Shown here one piece after another: positions 37,781 to 52,337 of a stretch of DNA of 52,506 nucleotides. How positions within the stretch are numbered: position 1 is the first letter of the stretch; every line of letters begins with the position of its first letter. The notes under the pieces were generated by a model. The model saw only the letters and a program-made list of their open reading frames with translations, was not told the DNA's origin and ran no database searches. The stretch is from Neolecta irregularis DAH-3 (Eukaryota), in assembly GCA_001929475.1 (NCBI GenBank), contig LXFE01000143.1:1-52506 (forward strand). Reading direction: 5' to 3'. A program made the position numbers and the translations under genes.

Positions 37781-39189
37781 ATGGATCCGGTATTATATAG
37801 AATTCCCATACGGAAAGGACTAAGAGGCAGGATGTTAATGAAGGAGCGTTTAGCGCCTATTTTCCCCTCCCCTACCGAGTACTTGGAACTCTATTGCTGG
37901 GTACACCATCAAGTTAGTGCTGCTCCTGAAAACAGGAATCTGGGCATGGGCATCGAATATCCACGTTCTCGAGCTGTCGAATATAGACACAGCCTCGTTG
38001 TTGTATGGGCGAGTAAAGATCTTGCATACCTCCGATCGCAACATGTTTATGCCTGCGTATAGAATTGCTACTGTGTTATCGATAATGGGCGTTTCCAGTC
38101 TAGTTATGTTTTGGGCCTTTACCTCAGGAGATGTTATCGCCGCCCGTGGATGGGATATCCTGCCGCTGTCCTGCTTCGTGTTCTTGATTTGCCTTTTGAT
38201 ATGCCCTTTGAATATTCTGTACCGGATGGAGAGATTCAAATTTCTACAGTATTTTCACAATCTGATTTCCGTGTGACGTCTATAGGACATTCAAACGGGT
38301 GATCATTGGGGGGATTGATCTTGATAACCGGCTCGGGGATGTTATATTGGCTGATATCCTCACCTCTTACTCCAGAGTATTTGGAGATGTCTTTGTGATT
38401 ATCTGCATGTCATTCAGTGGCATTTCAACCACGTCACATCCAGATCGTGGATGTGCAGGTACTTCTTGGCTGGTACCTTGCTTCATCAGGTACTTAACTT
38501 GAGAATTACACTTGACTGCTAGTCTGCCGTCGTTCATTCGACTCCGCCAATGCTTGAAAGAGTATCAAAGTTCGGATGGTAATCTCACACATGTCATGAA
38601 CGCCTTAAAATACGCGTCAGCCTTTCCAGTTATACTATTTTCTGCCTTGCAAAAAAGTGATATATCTTCTAGTGACTCAGAGAGAAACTCTTTTGGGGAA
38701 CTGACTCTCTTCCGTCTATGGCAGGATCTTTTGTTAACAAATGTACTGACATCAAAGGGTCCTCTTCGTTGTTATAAACTCATTCTATTCATTCTATTGG
38801 GACGTTATCAAAGACTGGGATCTTACGTTATTGACTAAACCAGCTTCAAGCGGTTCCCCAGAGACATGGGGTCTGAGAAAACATCTTTGTTTCAAGAAGG
38901 ATTACTATTACATTGTGATAATTCTTGATTTCTTATTGAGGCAAGGTAACCCAAATATTGCATTACTAAACACTGTAGAATGACATGGAGTGTCAAGCTA
39001 AGCCCTCATCTTCATCAGCTGCAAGAAGCCGAAAGAGGCATACTACTATTTGAAGTGCTTGAGGTCTTCCGCCGATGGCTATGGGTTTTCTTCAGAACAG
39101 AAGCAGAATGGGTGAGGCGGAACCATAAATATGGTTTAGGAATGCAGGGAAATCCAGACATTAATCTATCCAAGGACTTTGAAGATTAG
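37781..39189 (+). CDS. ERD1: EXS-family protein Erd1; 6 introns (two GC-AG)
   Basis: FPLPYR, GDVILADILTSY, RLRQCL, NALKYASAFPVI, EVFRRWLWVFFRTEAEW. Confidence 0.88.
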
Positions 39190-39243
39190 AAAACAACTTT
39201 CAGATATGTGTGATTATATGGTGCTTACACAGTCTGTAAGATT

Positions 39244-39997
39244 TTATCTTTTTTTACGTAAAGCTTGTCGTTCTGTTTTGGATGCATAGCGAAATCTTTT
39301 CTTCGTTTTAGGTGCGTACGTTTTCTTTGTAGTTTTCTGAATTGTAAGTCTAGTTTTTGAAGAATCGCCTATACCGATTCTAATTTGCTGGAACTTGCAG
39401 AACACCCAGTAGTATAATTTCGTAGAGGATGGTCTACCTTATATTCTTCTCCTATCCCTTCTATCACAGTCACGGTGGTGTGTTCCCCCTCTCCGTTATC
39501 ATATTCATTCTTCCAGGTTCTCTCAGATTCAATAGGTGTAGTATCCTTTAAATTATCAAAACCATTCCATTCTTCGTATTCCTGTTCTTCAAATGAAATT
39601 TCATTCGATTGTAGACCTTGAAATGAGCAAAAAGATTCATACATACCTACCGATTTTATTTTTTATTTGGGAAATGTTCTCGTCAAGTTGTGCTTTCCGT
39701 TCTTCGCGAGCCTAACATATCGGATCGAATTGCATTCATTACAAACCTTTCTTCTTAACTCGATTTTCCCGCGTTTTAGTTCCTTTTCTATCTCTTCTTT
39801 TGCCTTGGCCTGTCTTTCGAGTTTTCGTTTGCGAAATCCAGTCAGAAAATTGCTATAACTCAACGCTATTTTAAACCAAGTTCTCCATACCACCGTTCTT
39901 CGGCATCGAAGGTAATTTCTGGTATTGCAATACTTTTCTTTTTCTTCTTTTGCTGATATACTCTGAATCCGCGATCTAATGTAGTGGCGTTATTCAT
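39244..39997 (-). CDS. RRP17: rRNA processing protein Rrp17/Nol12; about 4 introns
   Basis: ITFD...FLTGFRKRKLERQ, TTVTV, KFRYASKTER. Confidence 0.85.
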
Positions 39998-40146
39998 TGT
40001 CTTGCAAAAATAGTGATGAGTCGGGCGGAGATGGAAATCTTTTCCCGTTCCTGCAGCTCAATCACATTATCACTTACGAAATTCAGAATGACTACAGGCT
40101 GGATGGAGTATGATTTTCTATGTGTATCAAACGAAGAAATAGTATG

Positions 40147-42558
40147 CTATACAACTACTTCTTCGGTCTCGTCAATCAATTCTTCAACTATCATCTCGAT
40201 GACTTCATCTTTGCTGTCTTCCTTTTGTTCTCCGAAAAGTCCAAGGTCACGAAGTTCAGCTTCCTTTTGAGCCCTAAAGGCTCGCCAGTCTGCCAACATC
40301 TTTCTGTGTTGTTCAACAAGCTCTGTGTTGGCCATGCTGGCTGCCTGAGCGTCTTCTTCATCAAAAATACGACTATAATCTCTGAGATTCTTGCGGACCT
40401 TCTTCTGGGCTTCCTTGCTGAGGAGGGATTGAGGTCGCGGCCGCCATAAGAACTGTTTAAAGCGTTCGAAAGGTTGTTCGAAAAGTAATGTACCTCGAAA
40501 ATCCCACAACTTGAATCCATTTTCCATCTGAATGTAAGCAATAATAACGACACATCACCATACTGCATGTATCCAATTGCTGGAACTGGTTGCAATATAT
40601 CGTCCAGAAGGATCCCATTCGATATCGGTTATTCCGAAATGTTCTCCCTGATTCATCAGAGTAAGGTTTGCGTTATGCTCCTTCTCAGACTCGCGCTTCT
40701 CTCCGTCGAGATCGCAGTCCCAGAACTCTAAACCGTAGACAGTCGGACAGCCAAGGGTAGCAACAAGAACAAATCGGCCTATAGGTGACCAGAAAATACT
40801 GTTACAAGTCTTTTTGTTGTCAATGGATCCTGAATAGTCAGTGAGACCTAAGAATGTCAAATACGAATGCACTTGAAGGCTCCAGCAGCTCCCTTGCCTT
40901 TCTCGAGGGCGTAGAAGGACAGAATAGTCCGTCCAGCTACACCTTGAGAGCCAAAATTTGGATCATTCGATGTAATGAGAACAAATCGATCCCCTTTAGG
41001 TTCCCAGGCAAAAGCGATAGCGTCTTCTTTCAACTCTACAACTTCAACAGGTATATTTTTCTCTGTGAGGCGGAAAATCTCGAGATTGGAAAAAGTTTTC
41101 TTCTTAGTTTTCGTATGTCGACCGACATTGACACATAAGAACTGGCCTGCTGACTGCCAATGAAATTTGCACTATGCATCAGCTTGACCATTATTTCAGT
41201 CATGATACGTTAGACACTTGAAATAGATTCTTAGTCCGCACGACTTCTTTATTCGGAACAGTCATTAAAGAGACTCTAGCAGGCTGGTTTCCAACTTCTG
41301 GAGTCCAATAAGCTAATATTTGTTGACCAGTCTTGGCCGCTTCCTGAGTTTCCGCGGGAATCCACTCGAAATCAACGATACTTTCGATTTTGATACTCTT
41401 TCGATCAAGAAGGCCCATTCCTGGAGCTTCATAAATCGATAATTGCTGACCGGGAGTGACTCGAGCAAAGTATTTCTCCTCTATGCTCCATTTCATTAAT
41501 GGCCAGGAGATCTTTTGAGCAACCCCCTTGGAGACCTCATGAGCAGGAGTTGGGAATGACCTTAGAATCGCACCAGTTTGAACATCCCAGATGAAAAGTT
41601 GTTTCCCCTCATCATCTTCTGAGAATGGTAGGTTAGCACGAGCAGGATGATTCGCAGGCGGCAGACGAAGAGGCTCATCAGACCAGGTGACAACATATCG
41701 CTCTTTGGGGCTAAAGTCTACAAGGTTGATGCCAGGATGGGCAAATCTGTGGATCCGTTTCCACGAAGGACCACCCCAAATCTGGAGACCTTGAGAATGG
41801 ATTGAAACAAGAAACGTCCCAAGAGGCGACCACTGAATAAATCGTTCTGTCCAGTTCTATCGTTAATGGCAATCAAATTCCATACATACAGGTCGATTGA
41901 CGACTGATTCAGGACTTTTGTTTTTGCGGTTCCAAGCTACAAGAACATCATCACCCTTGTACATCGCAAACTGATCTCGACCCTGGTAATCTGCGAGCCA
42001 ACTTCTCAAGTGCTCCTAAAGAGGCGTTAGCAGTAGCAGACAGAAAAGACTTGAATGCACCTGCTCAAAATATGGTTCTTCCTGAGGCGGTTCAAACTCA
42101 TCTGGAACATTTGCATATTTCTCGACATCGGTAAAGAGGTTGACCTTGAGAGTATGCCTTTTATCAAGTGGGTGGTCATTCAGTTCTTGAATGGCTCTGT
42201 TAGCCTGTTGAGGATTTTCGTACTCGAGGAAAAGAAATCTGAAGAATAATCAGAGAAAGTGACACGCATTGTGAAAGTACCCTTGGGACATCTGTTTACT
42301 ATTTACTTCTTCCATGGGCATGAAGGGTCCGCTTGTCTTAATAGTTCCTCGTTTGCCAAACAGTTTCGATACAAGTTTGAGCAAGGCATTCTTTTTCTCT
42401 TCGCCAACAATTGGCAGACCGTCAACGACAATCCACGCATCAAACCCCTCTTCAAAAGGGACTTGAAACCGCTCTTCGAGCTCTGAGAAGTCGAGTTGAT
42501 CATCGACGAAATCATCTTCGTCGTTGTGACCACTTAGTTTGGCGTTTTCTGTAACCAT
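40147..42558 (-). CDS. PRT1: Translation initiation factor eIF3 subunit b; 6 introns
   Basis: [40 protein letters not shown]. Confidence 0.93.
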
Positions 42559-43215
42559 AATGGTTTAGAGGTTAGGTCAGAGCCTTGAAGTTAACCCAGC
42601 CGAAATCAATTTACATAAACACCACAAACCAGATATATGTTGAGAAAATAGAATCAGTGATACATAGAGCGTTTTAATTGCGTGTTTCTCTTTTATAGAC
42701 TTCGAAACCTAAAGATTTTGGGTCTTAATGCTACAAAAATCATCTCAAATGACTATCGCACTTGTACAATTTACAAACTACTAGTCTTGATCAATGGTCT
42801 TGAAGGCTGAGTTGCTTTGGGATGTATGTAGATATTGCTCAGGAGTGCATGGGGATTGTTTTTCAAAACCAGGTCTAATTGGCAGGGATGTATACCAGGG
42901 ATTCCTTTGCCAAAACTGCTGTTTATAGGCTTTTCAATCTAAACCAGTCTAATGTTGTGGCAAACACAGATATTTGTTTCAAATGTAAGGAATAGAGGAG
43001 GGTGAGCAGACAGAATCAATCTTGAGTTTAGAATAAGAGAACACCTCAGGTACCAAACGAGACGAGCAAAACACCAGAAGCGGTATATGCGGGATGTGAT
43101 GTTATGCATACCTGTGGCGTCTTGGTGTCATGGTCTCGCAAAGATAGTGCGGCGGCTTGCGTCACTCCACAGATATTGGACTTGAGATGAGTGTTGAACG
43201 AAAAAGTACTATCCC

Positions 43216-44331
43216 ATGTCCTCTGTAAAGTCTCACGCAGTAGAACCCCTCGGATTCGGCATTACGCCAGTGAATGGACATGTTCAGGCTGATTGGAAGG
43301 ACGGAAAATGGGGTCAACTTTATGTGGTCAAAGACCCGTATCTCAAAATCCATGGATTTGCACCTTGTCTGAACTATGGCCAGGTAGACAATCTCAGATG
43401 CATATATTCAACTGACCTCAGCAATGCTTTGAAGGACTCAAGGCGTTTCGCCAGAAAGATGGCCGTGTTCGGGTATGCCGACCGGCGGACAACTGTGCTC
43501 GCATGCAGCAATCCGCCGATATGATTTCTATCCCGGCCATCCCAGAAAACATGTTCTTGCAGGCCATCGAAATGCTCATTAAAGAAAACATCGAATTCTG
43601 CCCGCCATACGGTCACGGTGAAAGTTGCTACATTCGCCCGTTGTTGCTAGGCACAGAGCCCTGCCTCAAACTCGATGTATCAGAGGAATTTACTTTTGTT
43701 GTACTGCTCAATCCAGTGGGCCTGTTTTATCCGCCATTTGCATTCGATGCGCTCGTGGTCGAGGATTTCGACCGAAGTATGTATTCAGGTTGCTGCCAAC
43801 CAATCTGATATTCAAGGCGCACCCCTCGGTACGGGAGCTGCCAAACTTGGAGGAAACTATCCTGTTATGCTTGGCATTGCAGCAGCCGCAAAGGCCAAGG
43901 GCTATGGAATCACTTTACATCTAGACTCCAAGACTCGAACCTATATCGACGAATTCAGTACTTCGAATTTCCTCGCGATCAAAAAGGGCCCAGGAGACTC
44001 AAAAGTCTTGATCGTTCCCGAGTCAAAGTCTATTCTGAAATCGATCACAACCAAGTCTCTGATTCAGATTGCAAAATCTTTTGGGTGGAGTGTCGAATCA
44101 CGACTCGTTCCATGGGACGAAGTCCATGCGTTTGACGAAGTTGCTGCCTGTGGGACAGCAGTCGTCATCACACACGTCAAAAGCATCACCAAGGGAGGTG
44201 AGAAGATCAATATTGGTGATGGGACTCTTGGAAGAGGTTTTGCGGAACTACACGCGCGATATACGGCAATTCAGCAAGGAGATTATGAGGATAGCTTTGG
44301 TTTTATGTGGCCAAAAGAAGGCATTCCCTAA
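43216..44331 (+). CDS. Branched-chain amino-acid aminotransferase (class IV PLP); 2 introns
   Basis: LNYGQQCFEGLKAFR, YIRPLL, AKLGGNY, IDEFSTSNF, ILKSIT, ACGTAVVI. Confidence 0.9.
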
Positions 44332-44455
44332 CGATTCGATCACAATTTAAATACTGACCGATGAAATATATTGACGAGTATATACCTCGTAATTAACATT
44401 TGAAAATTACAAATTTAGAAGTGCTGCAACCCCTTGAAAATGCTAGAAAACAATC

Positions 44456-44989
44456 TTAAAAGGGATCCCTTCTCCATCTCAATCCCCTCATGAACGATTT
44501 CAGCTAAAATAAAATTAGCGGCAACACAAGGATTCCCACATACAGAATTTCTCGAACGAATAGTCGATTGTTGACCAACAAGTGCTTTCTTAACCCTCTC
44601 TTTCCTATAGAATGAGAAAGTAGCCATGTAAATCCTACAAACCTTTCGTCTCTCGTATTCACCGCTTTGCGACCTTTCCATCTGATAGTACCCTTCATTA
44701 CTTTCGATTCAATTTCTTGCCGCCTCATCGTGGGTAATAAGTCCGCCACGTTATGTTGCAAAGCCAATTTGTGCAAGTCACTTTGCCTTCTTAATGAATA
44801 TATAGGCTCGTTCCACTTCTTCGTTGTGTGATTGTGTGATGATTTGAAAGGATTTGATCCGGGTGGATACTTGTGTGTTGCATTCGTCCCCAAATTGGGG
44901 GGAAATCGTCGAAAGAAATACTGGAGTTGTGTCGGCAGGTTTTGAAATGCTTTCAGATGTGCTTTTTGTGCGACAAGGCCAGCGGGCAT
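44456..44989 (-). CDS. MRPL25: Mitochondrial large-subunit ribosomal protein mL59; 2 introns
   Basis: LPTQLQYFFRRFPP, NPF...KWNEPIYSLRRQSDL. Confidence 0.85.
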
Positions 44990-45104
44990 ATTGGTAGACT
45001 TTTGTAGTAGTCGAAGACTCAGAATATAATTTCGGGTGTACTTCGAATTTACCCGAAATCTAGAGACGATCAAAATATATATATTCAATGTTATATACAA
45101 GCAT

Positions 45105-47072
45105 TCAAATTCTACTTTTGATTGGTTTATCGGCACTGATTTGATTACGAAGAACTCGTCTCAAGATTTTTCCAGATGGGCTTTTGGGAATGACTTGAAC
45201 AAACTTGATACCTCCTCGTAGCCGTTTATGAGGAGCAACTCGTTCGTTCATGAAGGCGACGAGCTCCTTTACTAAATTATCTGAAGCCGATACACCTGGA
45301 GCTGGGACGATGAAGGCTAACGGAAGTTCAGAAGCAACTGAACTCGAATATACTCCGACTACACCGGCATCACCCACCTTTGGATGTGAAAGGAGCAATC
45401 CTTCCAGTTCTGCGGGTGCAACCTGGAATCTAAAAGTAGGCAAGTGAAAATAATAAAGCCGTACCCTTTATATTTAATCAATTCTTTGATTCGATCTGTG
45501 ATGTAGTAATTGCCATGCGTATCGACACGACCAACATCTCCAGTTTTGAAGAATCCGTCTTTTGTAAAAGAACGCGAATTGGCTTCAGGATTGTTGAGAT
45601 ACCCTATAGATCGATTAATAGAGCTAATTCGAACAAAATACCAAGCATGACGTTTGGGCCTCTGAGCCACAATTCACCTTCTTTTCCCGCAGGAACTTCT
45701 GACACGAGTTAGACAATTGCAACTCGCTAGCACATGCCATCCCCATCTTCATTCACAAACTTTGCTTCGATATTGGGGAAAAGAACACCGATAGAACCTG
45801 GAATTAGCCTTCGCGTGTATAGCATAGTTACCGTATACACGCCAACCGTTTACTCCATCCCACTTCTGGGCGTGAGTCGTAGGCGAGGTCTCAGTAAGAC
45901 CATATCCTAGTCATAGGTACACTCCGCCAAGATAAATGTTGGTACCTTGCTTCACTGGTATTCCTAATCGTTCATGGGCTTCCAAAACCAGTTCCTTGGT
46001 CAATGGCGCGGCGCCGCTGTTAATCATTCTCAATGATGAGAGATCATAATTCTTGATCGAAGGATCCTTTGCAAGTAGTAATACAATCGGTGGCACGATA
46101 TGTGCATAAGTCACTAGATCATAAGTGTGTTTTCTTACACTAGACTTACCTTTATATTTTTGCACAGCTTTGCAAAATAGAGCCAATTCGAACCTTTGAA
46201 GGACGACAAGTCCAATTCCTTGATAAATTCCGACATGAGCCAGAGTTGTCAGTCCACTGGAAATTTAGCGATTTCTTGTGTATCCAAACATATACTATAT
46301 ATGGAAAAGAGGCAGACAAGCCATATATCGATCTTTCACTGTCGTATTATGCTCGTCTACTCTAATGGTTTGTAGTGTATTCGCAATTATATTACGGTGG
46401 CTTAACATGACGCCCTTTGGGAGACCTAGGATTATCAATTGAAATAGGCAGGGGCACCCATACCAGTCGTCCCAGAACTAAAGGCCAAGAAGGCAACATC
46501 TCGGGTGGGATCAATTTTATCCTTGGGATAATTTGCCCGTCGCGAAGTCCATAGGTTTTTCCATGGCTCAAAATCTTCAACTTTTTTGTCACCGAATAAG
46601 ATAATTCGATCCTTGGGGATCCCAACCTTCCTTGCTGCTTCAGTAACAACAGACAATAGTTGAGGAAGCGCAATAATAGCTTTTGCATTAGAGCTCACAA
46701 GCTGGTGAACAAGCTCGCCGACTTGATATGCTGGATTAGATGGAGTAACTTGAATATCAAAGAAATCTTTGAATTTTTGGAAGAACCTATGCCTGCGGCG
46801 AAATGAACACCCCAGGCAACAACAGTATAATCATACTGATTTGGGCTAAAGATACAAAATACGTCGTTCTTCTTCCAATTCCAACGATCTTGAAGACCTG
46901 CGCCGAACCGCTGGGAAGCTTCTCGTACTTGACCAAATGTCAAGTATTTTCCCGAATGCGCATCGAACAGCACAGGGTGATTTTCACCAAAATCCGGTGA
47001 TCTGTTGAAGAGAAAAGATGGGATATCCGTATTGGGGATGTCGATATCTTCAAATTTCGATTTCAGGGGCAT
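45105..47072 (-). CDS. 4-coumarate/phenylacetyl-CoA ligase-like acyl-CoA synthetase with PTS1-like SRI; about 9 introns
   Basis: [65 protein letters not shown]. Confidence 0.9.
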
Positions 47073-47151
47073 TGCAGAAAAATACAATCCTTGGGAGTTG
47101 CAAGAGATATAGGTCAACACTAAAAAAACCGAATCCCGTCAATCGACCAAA

Positions 47152-48128
47152 ATGATAACCACCTTGCTTAGGCTAGTTCCTCAAACGAGGATCATTAATA
47201 ACTATCCGAGATGTAGTCTGCGCAATGCAAGGATCGTGTCTGGTTTGCGCTCCTTTCAGTTGGACTCGTCCAATCCATTTGTGGAAAAATATAGGGAAAA
47301 ATTACGCCAGAAAGCCGGCCAGTCTAATCCCCCATTAATATCATCCGGCTTACAAGACATCAGACTAGGAGCCAGTAGTGTTGAAGAACTACGGGAAATA
47401 TATCACAAACAACAACGCCCACAGTCTGAACTTTGCCAAAAGCCAGAACCCCAAAAAGAATTGCCTTCAGACACGCCAATATCCACAGGGCCAGCAGAAG
47501 CCTCGCCCGCTCGATCACCAGGACCTCGATTTGCGCCACTCAAAACCCTTTCTTCCTACATTGATGTTGAAAAAATATCTTTGCGTGATGTAAAGGAAAT
47601 TGAACTTATATGGAGCGCTCGAAACAACTCGGATCCTGCTTGTCTATATGCCACAATACCTTGCCAAGTTTATCAAAGAATGCATCAGACGGCGAGATCG
47701 AACCCAATGGTATTTCCGAGGTCTTTATAAGCTAAGAACTCAAGTTTGTCTTACCATTACCCCGAGGAGAGTCTGGTGTAGAAATGCATCTGCTCCAGTG
47801 GGCATTTCCTGAATCCAATATATCCTATGTCATGATCACATCTTTAGGCGAATACAAACTCAAGGGAGAATATTCCCGGCCACATACCGTCTTGTCCCAC
47901 TTCAGCGATCTTTCCCAGAACAAAGCCATCGTACTAATGAGAGGCGAGATCGAAAACAATCGAATCTCATTTGACGATGCTACACTTCTCGCCATGTCTT
48001 TACAGAAATTCTATGCTGCAAAAGATACTGAAGATTATGGAAAGCGGAAACAAGACATGATTAACTCTTTTACGAGAGGCGACGGCTTCGATATTTCCAG
48101 TCTCATTGAGGAAACGGATAGACTATAA
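47152..48128 (+). CDS. ATP11: F1-ATPase assembly chaperone; 2 introns
   Basis: KYREKL, KTLSSYIDVEK, NPMFVLPLPR, MHLLQW, TSLGEYKLKGEY. Confidence 0.9.
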
Positions 48129-48214
48129 ATGGCATTACTGGGAGAAGAAAATTATTTCGTCGTGTATTAGACTTTTATATTAATCGCCTATATCCCAGAC
48201 ACTAGATTCGAAAC

Positions 48215-51200
48215 TCACCCCCTTGAAATAAACATTTTCGTATCTTCAAGCAGAAGAGTTTCTCTATCATCGCGTTCTTTGCGCTGAATGTGGAATGCAT
48301 GTGAATGAATGATATTCCTCTTTTGTTGAAGGGTAGATTTTGTGGTCTGAGTTTGGTTTGCGTTGACTTTCCTTCCATTGACCATAGCCTTCCTAATACT
48401 CTCTTTCCTTGCATTCTGAGAGTTCTCCAGTGCATTTATGACTGCTCCTCCTTCAATCTTGAAATTTTTGACAAGACTATCCGCTTGCTCTTCAAGATGT
48501 TGCATTTTCTGAACGATAATCTGCTTTCAGGAGCGACCTTTTAGAGAAAATACCTTTCCAATAGTTAAAAGCAAGCTAAGTGTGCTTTCTTGGTGACAAT
48601 TCATTTTCCGATACCATTCAGGTGGTGGCACACTTTCATCTGAGGAAGGTGCCAGTCGGTCGTCGTCGTCGATCTCCGAATCTGTCGAAACTGATGGAGT
48701 TGTATATCGAAGAGTGCTTTTCAATTCAGTCTGAGTAGGTTTTGTGAGCAAGCCCTTTTGTTGCAAAATTTCATAGAATGTACCTGGCATTCCAACATTG
48801 GTTGTTTCTACTAGGTGAGCTTGAAACACCGTTCCGATATACTCTTTCCTGGAATTTCATCAAACGCCTTTATCTGATCGTTAATACCTCTCGCACGATG
48901 CCCATGAGAAAGCTCGCAAGAATCGGTATATAAATGACTGATAATCGTCTGATTCCCATTCTCTGGGGTCTTATATGCGCTAGTCTTGGTGGTTAAGGGG
49001 ACAAGGCTGCTGTTTGAGATAAAGTGGGATGGAATTCTGGCAGGTTTGACCTGTATTTGAGCGATATGAGGACCCGAGCTATGACTATCATCTCCAAGAT
49101 AGAAACAAGGCGCTAATATAGGAACCACAGCCTCGCTGGGTGCGGATGCCTGGGAAAGAGAAATGTTGCTAGGTTTCCTTCGTGCAAGCTCAAACTTTTC
49201 TGTGACTACCTATTTTCTTTATTAGTTCAGGACGCCTTGCTTGGTGGGATACATGGGAAATATCAACTTCTGATTCTCGAAGAGGTCTCTCCGCAGTTTG
49301 TATCCCTTTCAGTGCGTTGACAATACTGCAACCAGTAGTCTTTCTTAAGTTTTCTATAATATACTTCGATCCGCCAAGGCTCCCAATATCCTTGTTAATT
49401 CCAGTCCTTCCTTCTCCCGTGATTATGGCCAGATTATGAGAAATATGCGTGTTTAAGATCAAATTTTGCTCTTTGCACGCTGAAAGCTTGTTCTCTAGAC
49501 TTTGTTGTGCCTGGTAGTTGATCTTGCTAAACGAGATATTTTCAAGACCTACCTGGTTCTGATCATTGCCCAAAGTTCCTGAGGTATGAGGTTGGGCAAC
49601 AGGACAGATTATTGGAATGTAGAGATTCGCCGCACTAGCCGAGAGATGATTTCCTGATGGTTTTACCGTCTCATGGAATGTGGAATAGGTCCTTTCTAGA
49701 ATGGGTACAGCTCTTCTTATCTTGTGTCGCGAACTTTCTTTTCCACCAGGGTTGTCATCCGCTGGTTCTTTTCCGGATTCCGCGAGGGGTTGAGATATTT
49801 TCTTTAATTCGTAATCAAAAGTGCTTGATGATTCGTCTTCGTGCAAAATGAGGTTATCGCCTTGTTTCATCATGACTGGACTCGCAACATCCTTCATGAT
49901 TTCATCATCTTCTCGAGTATATATGATTTCTTTGAGATCGGCCTTATGTTAATCGAACAGCTGGACAAATTTGGGGCACTTGCTATTGGTTCATCTTCAT
50001 CACTTGCTATCGTAATTCTTGACTTCTTTAATGGAGAATGGTCCAGATTCGCAGGGGCGCTTTGTCGGTCTCTTTTCTTTGTGATTCGTTGCTCTTCCTC
50101 GTCCCCTTCAGAATACTGTGACTTCAAAAGTAGAGTTGGTCTGATAGGTTCCGATTTTCGTACGTTTCTCTTTTGTGATTGTTTTGCCGCAAGGTTCTTC
50201 GAAGATTTAGAGGCCCAATCGTTTGGTTGGCCATTGGGAGGTCTGCCTCTTTTCGGTTTGATCGGTAAAGATTCAGAGTCTTTTCCGGTGGCTTTCTTTG
50301 TAGGCTTAATAGCTTTTCGCAATGGTGGACTGCATTTATCTCTCTCTTCGTCATTGCTGCTGGTAACCGGGAAGTCGAAAATATCAATTTCCATTATTTT
50401 CTCTGCCTTAATTTTAGATTTCTGATAAGTTTTGAACGTTATTTTGGCTTCTGAGTTCCCGGAAGTCTTTCCATTTTTACCCTTATTTTCGATAATTTCA
50501 GTGGTTTCTAGTAGTTCGCGTCTATCGATTTCTTTGACTTTCGGCATGGACGTCTTACGTTTCCTGGTAGTTGTCTGACTTGGTATTTCATCGAACAAAT
50601 AAGCCAGTTTTGCAGATCTAGAGGATATATCTGCATTATCCGGAATTATCTTGGATTTATTCAGGGGTCCTTTAGGAGGCGAAGATGCAATAATTCCAGC
50701 AGAGATGTCTTTTGATCCTGCACATCGAGTCAGATCAGTTTTCGAGAATCTTTTGCCTTCGATTGGAGACCCATGTTCTTGCACATACGCCTCAAAATTG
50801 TCTGAAGATTTGGCAAGATCAATCATCTTTTGCAAGCGTATCTCTTCAGTCTGTCCAGTTTCCCAATCTGACTCCTTGGGTGGCATCTTTGGTTGCAAGA
50901 CCTTTGCAGAAGTGCTTGTACGAGACGTAGATGATCTCAATTGAGACTTGAAGAGCTCAAGGCGGTTTTTAGCGACTGTAAAAGAGTTCAAATCGCGGAA
51001 TTTCATAGATATACTGTAGATCTCGCTATCATCTTGAATGTACCTGGATGCTTCACATTTGAGTTTGAATACAACTCGGAATTCTTGGTCGATAAAAGAG
51101 GGAATTTCTAGATATTCAAGAGGAAAATCAAATTCTTCGATGAAATCAAACTCGGCGGAAGTTATCGTGAGGAAGTCATTGGCTATGTGAACAAGATAAT

Positions 51201-52337
51201 AAGAGTCCTCAATTTCTATCGCTTTTCCGTTAATATTAAGGCAATGAAGCTCAAGGGAGACAGGCCTAGATCTTTAAAACTGGTCAACAGACATGTATGG
51301 TGTTTTACCCATCGACCCTACGCGAATTTTCGTGGACCAACCAGTCGTACATCGTACCTAAAGCCTCGTTGGAAAGGACAGCTTGACTTAAAGTCTGAAA
51401 TTGTCTCGTAGTGAGAATTCCTTGGAAGAATAATTCCATCCGTTTGGTGACAGCTTGGGCCGCTAAGGGTTTACCTCGTGGGGGTGACAACTGCCAAAGC
51501 AACGTGACACAGTACAGTTGAGTTCTGAAATCAGACGATGACATGATGAGTCTCCCAAATTTTGTACTTCAGATCAGTATTTAGGTCCAGAGATGCTTTA
51601 CAAGTCAATCTCGTAGCGGGCGTTGATGATCTTCTCCTTGTTTGATATACAGCCTTTACATAGAATTTCAAGAAGCCTTGCGAGCTAGATATCTTAGCAA
51701 TTTGTGCCCTCATCTTGCTAATACTGTTCTCTTAATCACAACAGAAGAATCCTCACGGAGCAGTTGTTGAAGTATTCGAGTAACTAATGTCGAAGGCAAG
51801 GCTTCCCTCGGATCCAGCTCTTCAGCATTCAGATATATATCAGGAACGACACAAACCTAGTTGAATAAGGTCAGAGCACCATTTCTGGAGGTTCAGTTGG
51901 GATAAAAGATAGAACTTCTTACCAGGAGTAACTCGAATCCAGCTGTTCGTGTTTTGTTGCAGGGAAGACACAGGAGTATTCTCAATGAAAATGCGAAAAT
52001 TTCTGAAGATATCTGAAACCTCTGTAAAGAATCGATAGCATTCATAATATCGATTATGTCTTTCTCTCCTAGCTAAACTGTGGGTTTCGAAAAATGAAGT
52101 CGAGCATATACTTCAACAGCAGTCGGAATATTTTCACCTTCCAACTCGAAAGGTCTCAGCAACTGATCTATTTCATCGATTATCATTTGAGGTAACCTGT
52201 GAATGCGTTGAAAAGCTTAGTCAACAAATATTTAACCTCAAGAAATGTTCTGTATTGCATGACATTTTTCCTGTCGTTTTGGGGATTTTCGGTTTCTTAT
52301 TTGTCTTGAGAAAACGAATTAGAGAGATGAAAGACAT
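48215..52337 (-). CDS. Large multi-exon protein, SYCP2/Rec10/Red1-like meiotic axis protein candidate
   Basis: Spliced N-terminus is helical with FGRLIMSSSDFRTQLYCVTLLWQLSP, then a beta-rich PH-like segment, long K/S-rich disorder with KRGRP, and a C-terminal coiled-coil-like region; 3' end approximate. Confidence 0.5.

Noticed and set aside
51440-51474. Apparent 35-nt GT-GG intron in the SYCP2-like gene
   Set aside because: An alternative model with canonical GT-AG introns reads through this stretch in an open, more protein-like frame.
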